Part shown: positions 36,681-51,104 of the stretch, piece by piece
How the letters are laid out: each line of letters opens with the position of its first letter
Position numbering within the stretch: the stretch's first letter is position 1
Assembly: GCA_964016885.1 (NCBI GenBank)
Contig: OZ024742.1
Location: forward strand, 274,350,001 to 274,414,000
Length of the DNA stretch: 64,000 bases
Direction: 5' to 3'
Origin: Eledone cirrhosa
Lineage: Eukaryota
The notes under the pieces: model-generated
Told to the model about the DNA's origin: nothing
Database searches by the model: none
The model's input: only the letters and a program-made list of their open reading frames with translations
Program-made: the position numbers and the translations under genes

Positions 36681-37499
36681 ACATGGTGGATAGAAGGTCG
36701 AGAAATCGCTCCCGTAAGTTTTTATTTTTTAATATATTTAAATCAATTGTGAAATAACAATTCTTAGTACAAATGTTGCATAAAACATCCAGCTTGAGTG
36801 CCAAAAAAAATTCGGATCCACAATATATTGTTATATCGCTCAAATATTCAATTTTGTATTATACATTTTATATTCAAAAAAGAAAATGGTTATAAATGGA
36901 AGAAAACCCCCTCTATCTACACTATATAGAACAGCCAAATAACAGCAATTTCACCAACATCAGAAACTAGATACACCACCTACCCCATCACCCCTCTGTG
37001 TACACTAAACACAACAGCCAGATAACGGCAATTTCACCACCGCCACCACCAATCTCAGCATAATAATAATAATTACTATTTCCTCAAGTTTTAGTTTTAA
37101 CAAAATGTTTAATTCCAATATTAAGAAAAATATGTCAACACATATACGCGACTAACGATAATTTCACTTATGATAATTTCACCACCAATACCACCACCAC
37201 TACCACGATGAAAACTCTGGTCAAGTCGACTCAAATTTCTACTCCAACTTCAACACCATCACTACAGTAATACGACCACATCACCACCACCGCTGCCTCA
37301 CTATGGCTAGCGCCGCTATTCTCTCCCACTACCTCCTGCTAGTTGCTGCTAGCACAGCACCGCCACCACCACCGCCGCCGCTGCCTCAATATCACTACCG
37401 CCGCTATTCTCTCCCGCTACCCCCTGCTACATTGTAGAATTCCCACTAAAAGAGGAAAACATCAAAATATATAAATAGACTGAATTGATGACCCGGTCA

Positions 37500-40400
37500 A
37501 AATAAAAAAAATAAAAATAAAAATCAAAGCAGCACAGCAACAACGAAAAACGTAAAGGAAATAAAAATGAAGAGAAAAACAAACGGACGGACAGAGAAGG
37601 GAAGGGAAAAGCTAAGTCAGACATTCAAACACTACATTACAATGAAACTTATGCTTATTCATTTTGGGGGTTTTTTCTGCCTGTTTGTTTGTTTGTTTAT
37701 TTGGGTTCGTCTACAGCGTGATACTTCCACACAAAAGTCACGTGGAGTGACAAAACCACCGGAGACAAGTAATTCACTGGTGGTTATGTAACCATACATT
37801 CGCCAATCCTCGATAAGAGTGCTTAAATGTCGAACCTAAACAGTTCGATTAACGGTGAAATGGAGACTAGAATGTCATGTGACAGACTCTCACCCAACAG
37901 GTGCTCCCTGGCTCAGCAGCAGGGACCTGGCTGTCAACCAAATACTGCTGATGTCGGATGAAGAAGAAGAAGGAAAGGGACCAGAACCAACTGGACGAAA
38001 GAATTGAATAGAACTGTTATGCAATGTTACCTGAAGAGTAACCCCAAGGAGAAAGGCTATAGGAAAAGGATGCATTACATCTGGAACGATATTGGTCCAT
38101 TTAAATTAGATGAACAAAAACTGACGGGCAGGCTCAGGTAATAAGAACTAATGGGTGGAGAAGCTAGCTGGAACTGGAGGAACTGAGCAGAGAGATTAGC
38201 TTGGAGATGGAAGGTGGAGTATGCCAGGCAAACGAGCCAGTGGGAAATGAAGGTGAAGAGGTCGAGAGAACGGAGGAACCACCCGAACAGACAATGATCT
38301 GAATAGTGAGATAAATAATACCTGGAACAGAGATACGGCCACTGAGGAGATGAATGCTGACGGGCTAGGACAAGATTTGGTAGATATCCTAAACTTAGTG
38401 GTAGATGAATTGAACAATGATAGTGGGAGACCTATGAACCTAAGATTTGTAGACAGGAAAAAGTTAAAAGAAACAACAGCTAAGGTAAACAAAGTCATCC
38501 CATACCTTGAGGCGAGGAACCTTCACCAGTGCAACAATATCCTCAAAGCAACAGCAAATTCGGTGAGGAAACTACTTGGTATAAAAGCGAGAGGAAACAA
38601 AAGACAAGAAAGAACAGAGCCTTGGTGGAAGAAACGACTGAGTGGTCAAATCAGGGAAATGAGAAATGACATTGGAAAGCATGAGTCCCTACTGAATGGC
38701 ACACTAAAAAACATAGACACTAAAAATAGACTGGAAATAAAGTACAAAACTAGGAGGAAAAAGCTAAATATTATCATAGAGGAACTGAAGCAACGCATTG
38801 TAGCAAATAGTGCAAAGATCAGGCGATACGAGAACAGAGTCAGCCAGTATAGACAGAACCGCATGTTCGACAACAACCAGAAGATGCTGTTTGGACAGCT
38901 TGAAGGGAAAGAAAGAGGCAACGGCTTGATCCCTGAGGGGGAACAAACTAAAACATTCTGGGGAGGAATATGGGAGCAGAATGTTAAACATAATGACCAG
39001 GCAGTGTGGATTGAGACAGTACAGAAGGAGATCAGTGAACAGGCACACCAACAAACTGATTTGAGTATCACAGTTGAAACTCTTAAGGGGCAAGCCAAAA
39101 AACTAACCAACTGGAAATCACCTGGCCCAGATGGTGTGCAGGGATATTGGATTAAAAACATAACATCCCTCCACCGGAAACTGACAACCATGTTCAATGA
39201 CTGCTTGATGTCAGGAGAGGTACCAGAGTGGTTGACAAAAGGTACCACAGTTCTGTTAATGAAATACCGAATCAAGGGTTATGATGTTACCAACTACAGA
39301 CCTATCACATGTATGTCCGTAATGTGGAAACTGTTGACAAGCATTATGTCTGAGGAAATCTACCATCACCTCCACACAAACAACTTGTTACCGGACGAAT
39401 AGAAAGGATGCCGAAAGAAGTCACGTGGTACAAAGGACCAGTTACTTATTGATAAGATGGTAATGAGGAATTGCAAGAGGAGACACACTGGTCTTGCCAT
39501 GTGATGGATAGACTACAAAAAGGCATTTGACATGGTGCCTCATTCTTGGATCACCAAAAGCCTGGAGATCTTCAAGGTGGCAGATAACATCAGACAGTTG
39601 TTGGGCAAAAGTATGAAGTCCTGGGAAATAGAGTTAACATCAACTGGAGAACCCTTGGGAAGCGTGAAGATCAAGAGAGGTATCTTCCAGGGAGATAGTC
39701 TGTCCCCTCTGTTGTTTGTCCTTGCCCTGATGACCCTGACCAGTGTACTGCGAAAAGTGAGAGCAGGATACAGGTTGGAAAAGGGAGGGCTTACCATCAA
39801 TCACCTCCTCTTCATGGACGATCTTAAGCTCTTCGGGAAGAGTGCGAAGGAGTTGGATGTGCTTGTTGACACTGTCCGTATTTTCAGCAATGATATATGT
39901 ATGCAATTTGGTATTAGTAAGTGTGGAGTCATTGTGATGTGGAGGGGTAAGTTGAGCAGAAGTAACGGAATCCAGATACCAACAGGTGAGATGATAAAGG
40001 AAATTGACGCTCAGGAAGGGTACAAGTATTTGGGCGTTCTGGAGGCTGATGACATCAAGAACAAAAAAATGAAGGAATTGATAAGAACTGAATACCTTCG
40101 GAGAGTAAGGAGCGTATTAAAGTCACATCTGAACAGTAGGAATGCCATAAGTGCAGTAAATTCCCGAGCTGTGTCTATTATTAGGTACAGTGCGGGAATT
40201 CTGAGATGGAATATTGCTGAACAAAAAGAAATGGATAGGAAGACTAGGAAACTATTGACTATCTACAATATGTTCCACAAGAGGAGTGATGTCGATAGAC
40301 TCTACTTAAGGAGATCTGAAGGTGGAAGAGGTCTTATAAGCATAGAGGACTGTGTTCAGATGGAGAAAAACAACCTACACAAATACGTGACTGATAGTAA

Positions 40401-41325
40401 GGAGCCAATGCTCAGAACTGTACTGAAGGAGGGGACAATAGGCCAGGGGATGTCAAAGGAGGAAATAACATCAAGGAGAAAGAGCAGCCTTCAGGAAAAA
40501 TCCCTTCATAGTACCTTCTTTGAGAAAACTGAATTTAGAGATCCACAGACATGGAACTGGTTGAAAAGAGGAGACCTTAAAAAGGCTACAGAAGGAATGT
40601 TAATGGCTGCGCAGGATCAGGCCCTCAAAACGAAGTGGTTGAAACACCACATTTACAAGGAGGAGGCTAGCCCACTGTCCAAGATCTGAGGAGAGAGAGA
40701 GGAGACTGTGGTTCACATTGTATCTGAGTGTAAACACCCAGCCCAGACTCACTATAAGGGCTGGAGACATGATGGGATGGGCAGGGTGATCCACTGGCAC
40801 CTATGCAAAGTAAACAATTTACCACATTCTGAGAAGTGGTATGAGCATAAGCCAGAGGCTGTGATAGAAAACGATCAGGTGAAGGTGCTGTGGGATTTTA
40901 GGATACAGACGGACAAGAAACTGGAACACCATAGACCTGACCTGGTGGTTTTGGACAAAGAAAAAAGATCGCGCTTGATTGTGGATGTGGCCTGCCCATT
41001 CGACACGAGAGTGCAAGAGGAGGAGAGGGAGAAAATTAACCGATACCAGGACTTAAAGTGGGAGGTAAAAAGGATTTGGAACTGCCATGAAGTCAAAGTG
41101 ATCCCGATTGTCATAGGCGCACTAGGGACTATCTCAAAAAGTTTCCAGGGATGGTTAAAGAAAATTGGCCTCTTCACGCTCTTTGGAACGCTTCAAAAGG
41201 CATGCTTGCTGGGAACAGCAAGAACCCTCCGATACGTCCTGAATATCTGAGGCTGCAGGTAGTGGCTTGATATTCATTTCAACAAACTTTCCAGTTAACT
41301 AACATCAATGACTGAGACTCAAAAA
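37500..41325 (+). mobile_element. R4/Dong-like non-LTR retrotransposon family A, full length, disrupted
   Basis: ATG 37860 to TGA 41250 with stops/frameshifts: KSPGPDG, YRPITC, IDYKKAFD, GIFQGDSLSP, HLLFMDD, YKYLG, GGRGL, RHD, RPD..D..K RLE; tail into (TAA)n. Confidence 0.95.
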
Positions 41326-41587
41326 ATAATAATAATGATTTCTTTATTAACCACAAGCGTTTACATAAAGTAGACATTAAGGACAGTGCAGCACAATACA
41401 AGTCGGTACAAATGGGCATTTCTACGTGTAAAAAACAAAAACAGAGGATGTAACAAAAAAATAACAATGAAAAATTCCACAATAGGGGGGAGACTTCGTA
41501 GGGACATTTGTGGAGAAAGCCCAGTAAAAGGCCACAGAGACCTTGACCACCAAAGCAAGTGCCCTCTCCCAGTTTTCCACCTTTAAT

Positions 41588-44500
41588 TTACAGATACGTA
41601 CTCAGAGTAGGCCCATTCACTCGGGTCATTCTTGCTTCTCTCACCCATCTTCAAACAAAATGCTGGGAAGAGAGCACTTCCCTCTCTACTCTGATTTTCC
41701 TTTTCAAATGAAATTTTAAAAAGACAATCAGGGCATCACCGAAGAGGTAAGTGCTCGTCTTCAGCCCTTTCAAACGTGTCCACCATACTATCTCTTTCGC
41801 CATGGCCACCAGACAGATAAAAGCTGCCTGCCATTCCCGGATTAAGGAAGAGGGCGGGGAAATCCTCACGATGGACTCAGATGATAGCCGGATCCGTCCT
41901 TCACGCGACAGCAGGTGTTCGACATAAACCCACAAGTCAGCAATTTTCGGACACTGGACGAGTGCGTGCAGGACGGTTTCGTCGCCCTGCGCGCATCTCG
42001 GACATGCCCGGCTGACGGCACCTCCATGCCTGTAGAGTTTATCTCAAACTGGCATAGGCTCCTCGGTAGCACTGCCAGGCCAGAGATTTCTGGAAGTTGT
42101 CCATAGGTCCCGGCCCGAAAGTTCTTCCGAAGAGATTGGCTAGTTGATTTTCGTCGACGCCTAGAGTTTCCCCAAGTACGTAGTCGATCTGCCCCTCCAC
42201 TAATCCTCTATAGAACGCCGAGGTGGAGTTTCTACCGATCACATTGCCCGATTGGTCGAGGGCTGTGAGCGCCTGAAGATATTCCAGACTCCAGGCGCTC
42301 CCTCTCGGTCTTCGCTTGACCCAGGACTGCAGCTCCGTCAAGGAAACCAGCTGGGGAAATACGTGTCTAGCAAACGGTGACCACATCTGATCACCGCCGA
42401 GGAAGAAGTGGAGATGTCATAGCCTGAGCGCGTGTCTGCGCATCATCAGCCACGGCATTCCCAGCCCTCCACGTAGCGGGTATTGACAGCAGATGGACCG
42501 CCTGAGCATCGGAGAGCGTCCCTTCCACAAAAAGCGAAAGAGCAAACGCTCCAGCGCAGCCAGGCGGGGCTTAGGACAAGGGACGACGGTCAGGCGGTAG
42601 CAGATGACAGACGTGATGTACGCGTTAGCCACCTCCGCTCGACCTTTCAGTGATAGCTTCCTCTCCGCCCATTTCTGGGTGAGAGAAGCCACCCTGCTCG
42701 TCACTTCGTCCCAGTTTTTGTCTGTTTGGAGGTTCGGACCGAACCAGACACCTAGCAATTTAACCGGTCCGTCTGTCCAGCGTCCGACGACGCTGTTGGA
42801 CGGCATTCACCTCCCTCTCCAGGTGCTGAGCTGCAGGCCCACTGACTTTTCCTGGTTGATCATTGCTCCTGTCACCGCTTCGGATTCTTTTAGTGTAGTG
42901 CCGATCACCTCGATGTGTTTGGCGTCCGACACCACTACGGTGACATCGTCCGCATAAGCTGACACGGATCTTTCGCATCCTAGTTCGCGCGGGACGCCCC
43001 TCAACGTCTCCAGTTTGTACAGTAATGGCTCGAGAGTCAATACGTAAACGAGGGACGAGAGGGGACATCCTTGGCGGACCGAGCGCATGATGTTGAACGG
43101 TTGCGAAAGGTGACCGTTCACTCTCACCACAGAGCAGATGTCGCTGTGCATGGCAGCGATCCAGCCTCTGAAGACGGGCCCAAAACCAGCTGCCCTCAGG
43201 ACTGCCGCTAGGTAACAATGGTCGACCCTATCGAAAGCTTTCGACTGATCTCAATTGATCAAGGACCCACCCGTGCCAGGTTCCCTAGCTACCCTCTCTA
43301 CGATGTATCGCATGAGGTGGAGGTTGTCGTGGATGGATCTGTCGGGAATGGCGCATGTCTGCGCCTCTCCCACCAGACCACAAACGACAAGCGCCAACCT
43401 CTTTGCTAGCACCTTGGTTAAATCTTGAACTCTGGGTTTAGCAGTGTTATGGGTCTGAAAATATCTATGTTATCCCCCTTGTTCGGATCCTTTCTCAGCA
43501 GTGCCACCGCTCCTCGGCTCACAGAGGTGGGAATTCTCCCGTTCTGTTGCCAGTTGCAGTAGACGTCCGAACAAGTCTGGCATCTGTACGTAAAGTTCAT
43601 AGGGCAGACCATCCAAACCAGGCGATTTACGCCTTGTTCAGCCAGTCATTGGATCCCGTACTTCAGCGGCTGTTATCAGCTTTTCGCAACACTCCGCCTC
43701 AGTGGTCGAGAGTCGCGGCAATCCGTCGAGGTAGACACTAACTTCCATCCCTCGACCCGGCTCACCGCTGCCCCCAAACAGCTTAGCGAAGTGTCGCTGA
43801 AAAGCTTCACACATTTTCCCGGGATCGAGTAGCATGCGCCCGTCGTGGTCCACCAAAGACCGGATCGTGGCTTTGTTGCCACGACGCGCCTCCGCCACTC
43901 GGGCCCATTGAACAGCTTTCGTCTCCTCGTGTCTGAGAGCACGCACTCTAGCTCTGACAACGCAGCCTTCGTGCTTTGCATTGAAGAATTGGTCAAGGGC
44001 CAATTTCGCCGCAAGCACGTCGGTCGCGATGCCTTTGCTAAGCGCCTCGTCTAATTTTCTAACTAGTTCTCCCCCTGCTCTCTTTTTCTCTATTGCTAAA
44101 GCCCTACTAAACCTAATGGATTCTATTCTAATCGCTCTTTTCAGAGCAAACCACCACTTGTTGTTGACGATGGCCCCCGTTAACGCCCGCTTAACTAGTT
44201 CGCTAATCCGGTCTCTGTAGGCCTTGTGCGCTGGTAAGGACGCGTTTAGCTTCCAGTAGCCGGGTCCTCGTCTATGAAGCCTATCTATACAAGCACACAG
44301 ATCACACATTTGTGGTCCGTGTAGCTGACTATCTTGAATTGTGGACAGCCTATGCTAGACCTATCTATTTCCCTACAAAATACTCTATCTAGATATGATC
44401 TGGATGACCCTATGTGATTTGTCCAAATCCACATTGGCACATCGGGAAATCCAATCGGTACCTGTCAGACAGTTCAAAACGCCTGATCAGGTTGGTGAGG

Positions 44501-44989
44501 CTCTTGCACCCTCCACCCCTATCCGCTATTCCCACACAGTCCCAGAGTGCATCTAACATCCCGTTCCAGTCGCCCACTAACACTAAAGAGCGGGACGTTC
44601 CAAGAAAGTTCTCCAGACGCCGGAATATATCAGGCCGCCCTGCTCCTGTCGGAACATAGACGGCCACTAGCCTGAAAGCTTGCCCGTCTCCGCTGGTCAC
44701 GTCCAGCACCACCAACTTACCCTCTGGGTCCAGGAAGATAGCCCGTATGGCAAGATCGAAACCTCTCAGAAAACGCACAGCAACTCCTCCCCCGATCCAG
44801 GACAGCTGAGAGATGCGTACACATCGTAGCCGCCGAAGATTGGTGCGAAGGCTCGTGCTTCGGAGATTCTGGTCTCGCTGATGGCCACTACATCTATGTT
44901 TAGTGACCTGAGGTCGTTGAGCAGGTGACCCTGCTTCCATGACGACCATCGCCACGCGCATTTATGCTGCCTATTCTGAGTGAGGCCAT
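41588..44989 (-). pseudogene. Tx1-like ORF2 (APE endonuclease, RT, zf-RVT), frameshifted
   Basis: MASLRIGSINA, DVVAISETR, VAVYVP, VGDWN, YLDRVF, GPGYWKLNASL, FRPITLLN, SVRQGCPLS, AYADDV, CxxC..ETVLHAL..C. Confidence 0.93.
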
Positions 44990-44991
44990 GT

Positions 44992-47129
44992 TTAAAATGA
45001 AGTAGAGGAAGGATGGTTTCTCCATCCCTTTTCACTTGATCGTCTGGTGAAGGGAACGTTGAATCGTCCCTTCGGCTGGTCGTCGGCTCTTCTATGAGTA
45101 TTTCCGAATATACTCTCCGGTTGAGAGTCCCTCCTTGGTCTCTGAAATCACCAACTGCGTTGGGGAATTTCGTTTTAATGTTTGTGTATTGTTTCTGTGC
45201 TATTTTTAGCAATCTTATGTTCGTTGGCGTTTTGATTGGTGCTGGTATTATGTAGTCGGGCTGTGAAATGTCTGTGTGTTCAATTATGTAAGTCATTAGT
45301 TTCTTGTTGTGTGTATTTATTGCCGTGCATTTGTTTTTCTGTGGTTCTGCTATTTTCTTGTCGTTGTTGCTGTGTGTGTGTGTTTTGTCGTCGTGTTTGC
45401 GATGTTGGTGTTTGTGGTGGCGGTGTTGAAGGTGTTGTTGTTGTTGGCGGTGGGGTTGTCGCCGGTGGTGATGGTGGTGCTAGTGTGGGTGGTGATGGTG
45501 TTGGTGGTGTTGCTGCTGTGAGTCTCTTTGCAGTAGCCTTTACCATTTTTTCATTTCTTTCCTACCTTTTCGAAGGCGACGATGCGCTGCTTCTGCGTTT
45601 GTGCTTTCTTACGACCTTTTGCCATCCCTCTCCTACCTCACACTCCATGTCTGATTCTGTGAGGTCGGGGAGGGGTACCAGCTCCACTCTTTCACTTGTT
45701 GTTGTTGGTGATGTTTGCAGCGGAGTCTCTGTTGCAGCTGCATTTGGTATTACTGTTGTTGTTGTTAATACTTCCACTGCTGCTGCTGTTCTTGATTTCC
45801 GTGGCGTTGGTATGGGTGCCACGGACCTATCGTTCCTGGTTGCCACTTGTCCTGTTGCTGGTAGCCGTGGAGCCGGTTTCGGAAGGAGGGGTGTTTTCTC
45901 CTTTCTCAGGGTCTTCTCGTTGCAGAAGGCCCTGAGGTGAGTTTTCGATCTACAGCGAAAGCATTTCGGGCGTTTGCCCTCAACACATATGGGCAGTTGA
46001 GTGCCCTTATCGAAGTCTATCACATCCGGGATAGGTTCGATGCACTCCTGGTTGGTTTGGATTAACATCTCAATGGAGGTGCCGACCCAATCTTCTCTTA
46101 CTTTTTTCTATACTTGCAGTACATTTGTTTTGTCCTCGATTCCGACGAGGACAGACGCGGCCAGCCAAGAAGGGGCCATCCCGGGGGGGGGGGGCAGTTT
46201 GACCCTCACAATTTTTTGCCCGCAGTAGGAGGGCACCAACACCATTTCCTCGCTCCTTAGGGTCACTAAGGATCGAGCCTTTGCCTCCTTGGGTGTGGCA
46301 AAAAGCACGTCTACGGTGGCATATTTCTTGCCTCGGGTGATGTGCGTTTTCCGCTGCCACACAGACCCTAAGGCTTTTTGTATTTGAGCCTCTGTGGCTC
46401 TTTCAACCCTACGGGATTTTGTGCTTACTGTACGGTACGTGACCGTACAGTGCTGTTGGGTTTCGAAAAATGTTTCGGCTGCCTTGCAGATTGCTCGGTG
46501 TCCGGTTTTCGTCACCATCTTCTTCGCTTCCTCTAATTCCTCATTTGTTATGAGGATGGTTTCCAGGTTCTTTGCGATACCTGCAAACGAGATTGGTTTT
46601 TCTTTGCTGCTGTTGTTGTTGTTGTTGTTGTTGTCGTCAGAGCTGCTGTTACTTTGTTATTGCTGCAGGTACTACGACTACTGCCGCCGCCGCTGTTGCT
46701 GTGGTTGTTGTTATTGTTGCTGCTGCTGCTGTTGTTGTTGCTGTTGCTGCTAATGCTGTTGTTGTTTATGCTGCTGCTGATGCTGTTGCGGCTGCTACTG
46801 TTGTTTTCCTTGTCACTGTTGCTGCTGCTGCTGCTGTTATTACGGCTGCTACTGCTATTATTCCTGACGTCAGACGAATGAAATGGGTTTTCGTATTTCC
46901 CGCACACCTTTTTCGTCGTTGTCATCGTCGTCGTGGAGAAATGTTGCACGCTTTCTACGTGATTTTTCTTTACTGGCGTCGCTTGCGGAAGAGAAGGGAG
47001 GGAGAGAGACAATCTTCTCTCTGCTGTAGTGACGATTGAGGAAGAAGAAGACGGAATGAGTGGGAGTAACCTATGAAAATTCTTTTTCGTAGACATGTTT
47101 TTATTGTTTAAAATAAATATAGGGCACAA
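44992..47129 (-). pseudogene. Tx1-like ORF1 (low-complexity N-terminus, RRM-like region, CCHC knuckle), frameshifted
   Basis: EGKRPKCFRCRSKTHLRAFC knuckle, WQKVVRKHKRR; homologous pieces at 28100-29300 and 56380-57880. Confidence 0.75.
46605..46860. repeat. (CTG/TTG)n trinucleotide field inside Tx1 ORF1
   Basis: Encodes Ser/Asn/Thr tracts on the minus strand. Confidence 0.9.
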
Positions 47130-47338
47130 AACCCCAATAAGCGGTTATTTAACCCCGAAGGGCCAAATAACGGGCAGAAAGACCCCTCTCACGAGGAGGA
47201 GGGTGTTTTTGTCTACAATTTGGTTAAAGTTTTAAACAATTTACAATTGTTATAGCGGTCAAAATTTACAATACCTTACAGAGCCGAGCCTCCGTCAACC
47301 ATAGCAATCAATAATAATAATAATAATAATAATAATAA

Positions 47339-50300
47339 GTAGTGGAACCAGACTGGTGTCGAAAAATCAGCTAATGGTTCAAACCTTCCCATCACTTCGG
47401 AGCTGGAGACCTCCCATAACCGGAATACTCCTATTGTTGGCCCTCCATGCTCACCACCAAGAAATCCAAAGAAAAAGAGAGAAAATGGTCAAGTGAATAC
47501 AATAAAGAAGTCCTTGAGGCTTTCTACACTGCCATGTACTATCCATCAAATAGATCGAATACAGAACAAACATATATCAAGTGGAAAAAGAAACATCCGG
47601 AAAACAGAGGCTATATTGACAGTAACAAACTAGCCCAATATACGAAGAAATATTGTTTAAAAAAAAGTTACTAACTGATATAGAAATTGATCAGATCAAG
47701 CTATTAGCACAAAGTCAGCGAAGGGAAAATGAAACATGTGTCAGTGAAAACGTGGTAGATTGTAACACTTCGAATCCCAGGGTTGGGGCGGAATCAGTGA
47801 CAACATAACAAATTAAAGAAAGGATCGAAAAAGTGGAGGGAGTGCATGCTCATGATGAAACTCAAAAGGAAAACAAGGCGATCGTAAATGATAAAGAAAT
47901 GAATGAGAATGAACTTGCCAGCTTGAAGGATGAAATTATGATCGAATGGATGAAAATGAAAGAATCTGACATGGGGGAACGAGACACTCCCCCTAAGATC
48001 CAGAAATCCAAACAGAACCAAAAGATAATACACAAGACTAACATAATTCTCAAAAACATTATCATCACAAACAAACTAAACATTACTGATTTAAATCATC
48101 TCTATTATGCATCGGCTAAAGTCACCACTCACTTATGTGGAGTGAAAATGAAAAAACAAAGGAATTCCCACAAGAAATGTACTTGGCAAGAGAACATCAA
48201 TCGCCAAATAAACCTCCTCCGATCTGACATAGAAATTTTAAGAAACTACAAAGTAGGTGCACATGTTAAACAAACTAAATTTAGAAAATTGAAAAGAAAA
48301 TACAGTATAAAATCAACAAGTGACATAGACATGCTGATAGAAATAATCAAGCACAAAGTGTCGGCCAAAGCTGCTCGTATAAGGCGCTTTGAAAAACGAT
48401 CTATGTTCTATAAGGACAATAATATGTTCAAAAATAACCAAAGAAACTTCTACAGAAAAATTGGCAAGTCAACAATAACTGCTAAATCAATACCACCCAA
48501 GGAGGAAGTGCAAGAATTCTGTGAAAAAAACTGGGCCGAAGAAAAAGTTCATAATATACATGCCCCATGGATAGACAGACAAATGAAAGATTCAGCTCAC
48601 CTTGAGGAACAAATATGGGAAAATATAACAGTTGAACAGTTGCTTTTAGCTCTTAGAATAACCAGCAAATGGAAATCCCCAGGAAAAGACAAAATACCAA
48701 TTTTTTGGATAAATGCCTTCACAGAGTCTCATGAGCTGTTAGCCCAACTTTACAATGAAATAGTTAAGGAGCCAGAAAAGATACCATCATGGCTAGTTAA
48801 CGGCATTACATTCCTGCTTCCGAAGAATGATGAGACAAACAATCCCCAAAATAACAGACCTATAACTTGCTTGACCACAATGTATAACATTTTAACATCA
48901 GTCCTAAATGACCACCTGATAACAAATGATCTATTTCCCAATGAGAAAAAAGGGTGTAAACGAGGCTCATATTGCTGTAAAGATCAGGCTATTCGTTAAC
49001 AAAATGATACTGGAAGATTGTCATAATAGACACAAACATCTATCAATTGCTTGGATAGATTATAAAAAAGCATTCGATAGTTTGCCACACAGTTGGATTG
49101 AAAAATGTTTAGAGATTTCAAAATATCTCCTGTTGTCAGGAGGTTCCTGTCATTCAATATGAAGACATGGAAAACGACACTCATTTTGAATACTGAAAAC
49201 AAAATCACTGGAAGTTGGAGAAGTAAATAGTAAATGTGGAATTTTTCATGGTGACTTTTTATCACCGCTTTTATTCTGCATCGCACTTATACCATTAAGA
49301 AAAATGCTCAATGAAACAAAACATGAATATAAAGTCTATTACAAAACCATTAATCACTTGTTCTACATGGATGACCTGAAACTATTTGCAAAAAATGATG
49401 AACAATTGCAAGGGCTATTATCCACTGTGGAGCAGTTCAGTGATGACATTAAAATGAAGTTTGGACTAGATAAATGCGCCAAAGCAACGTACACCAGAGG
49501 AAAGATGTTGAGAAGTTCAGACATTAATCTTGATCGGGGGAATGTGATAAGAGAACTTGATCAAGAGGAAACTTACAAATATCTAGGTGTTTGTGAAGGA
49601 GACGCAATCAAGCACTCGACAATGAGGGAAAGGATAAGGAAGGAATGTTACCGCAGAGTAAGAGCAAACTTAAGTACAGAATTGATTGCAAGGAATAGGA
49701 TCGATGCCATAAACACGCTTGCCATACCAGTAGTAAACTACAGTTACAATGGCATCAACTGTTCAAACACAGAGATCCGTAGGATCGATACAAAAATTAG
49801 AAAATTCTTAACCATGCACAGAATGCATCACCCTAAGGCAGATACAGATATAATATATCTCCCTAGGAAAGAATGAGGACGTGGGTTAATCCAGTTAGAT
49901 ATTGTGTTGAAAACTGCAACAATTGGATTATCAACATATCTAAGGGAATTACATGATTGGATGATCAAACTCGTTTTGAAACATGAAAGCATCAAAAGAT
50001 CATATTCCATTACAAAAGATGCACAAAGATACAGTAATGGACTACAAATTTCAGAAGTCCCATATACTGCTGAGATGAAAAACACAGAAAAAGCGAAGCA
50101 GGTAAAAGTAACTGCAAAGAAAGAACTACTACAAAAACTGGCTAAGAAATGGCAAGAAAAGCCTCTGTATGGAAAATACCCAGAGCGAGCTAACAATCCT
50201 GATGTTGACAAAATTTTAACCCATCAGTGCTTGGCCTCCTCTGGACTGAAATCGGAGACTGAAGGACTAATTATATCAGCACAAGATCAGAGTCTGCCAA

Positions 50301-51058
50301 CAAAAAATTACCAAGCCAACATAATAAGTAATGGATGCAACCCATTATGCCGTGTATATAAAAGAAAACCAGAGACCATTGATCATATAATTTCAATGTG
50401 CAGTCCTATAGCTCCAACCGAATACCTAAACAGGCACGGCAGAGCTGCACAATACATACATTGGATAATGTGTAAGCATTTGACCTGCCCCATCAAAGGA
50501 ATTGGTGGGAGCATCAACCACCTCCCATACTTGAAAAAGATCACATCTCAATCTTGTGGAACTTTAGCATCCAAACAGACCGAAAAATAGATGCAAATAG
50601 ACCAGATATAATACTGAAGGACTTAAAAAAGAGGGTATGCCTGCTAATTGATATGTCCGTTCCAATAGACAAGAATGTATCTATAAAAACATTTGAAAAA
50701 TTGAGCAAGTATAAGGACCTGGAGATAGAAATTGGAAAAATGTGGAAATTGAGAACTAAAATAATACCAGTGGTTGTAGGCGCTCTAGGAATGATACCTA
50801 ACGGGTCTAATGATTACTTATCGCACTCCCAGGAAACCCGTATAGGAGAAATACAAAAGATAGTACTAATGGGAACTGCCCATATACTAAGTAAGACTCT
50901 GTCAATATAAGTACATCACAAGTCTAAACACCTAAAGATGCATGTGTGTGTATGTATCTTCTTTCTTGAACATGGCGGTCCTTGTTGTCTCTTGAGGTCA
51001 GTGGTTGTAACTTGGTGATAACTCGTATGAACATAAAGCAAGATAAATGCAACTGTAA
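47339..51058 (+). mobile_element. R4/Dong-like element family B, full length, disrupted, flanked by (TAA)n
   Basis: KSPGKD, RPITCL, IDYKKAFD, HLFYMDD, YKYLG, GLKSETEG..ISAQDQ, ANRPDII...IDMSVP...K..KY.DL; (TAA)n on both sides. Confidence 0.93.
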
Positions 51059-51104
51059 TAATAATAATAATAATCATTATTATTATTATTATTGTTATTG
51101 TTAT

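Larger units (their letters stand above)
41333..47307 (-). mobile_element. Near full-length Tx1/L1-clade element flanked on both sides by (TTA)n
   Basis: 5' UTR, ORF1, ORF2, 3' UTR all present; sense-strand (TTA)n at 47308-47338 and 41325-41337. Confidence 0.93.

Noticed and set aside
36680-37500. Host exon or regulatory region with short direct repeats
   Set aside because: Low-complexity CCA/CCG-rich sequence with no coherent ORF; possibly decayed ORF1-like DNA
37790-37862. HDV-like ribozyme in the R4/Dong family A 5' UTR (TCCTCG, CGAAC/GTTCG hairpin)
   Set aside because: No P1 partner or catalytic C in J4/2 could be assigned in either copy
47345-47390. HDV-like 3' half in the family B 5' UTR (GAACCA...ATCAG-CTAA-TGGTTC)
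   Set aside because: P1, P3 and L3 are absent; it reads as a simple hairpin
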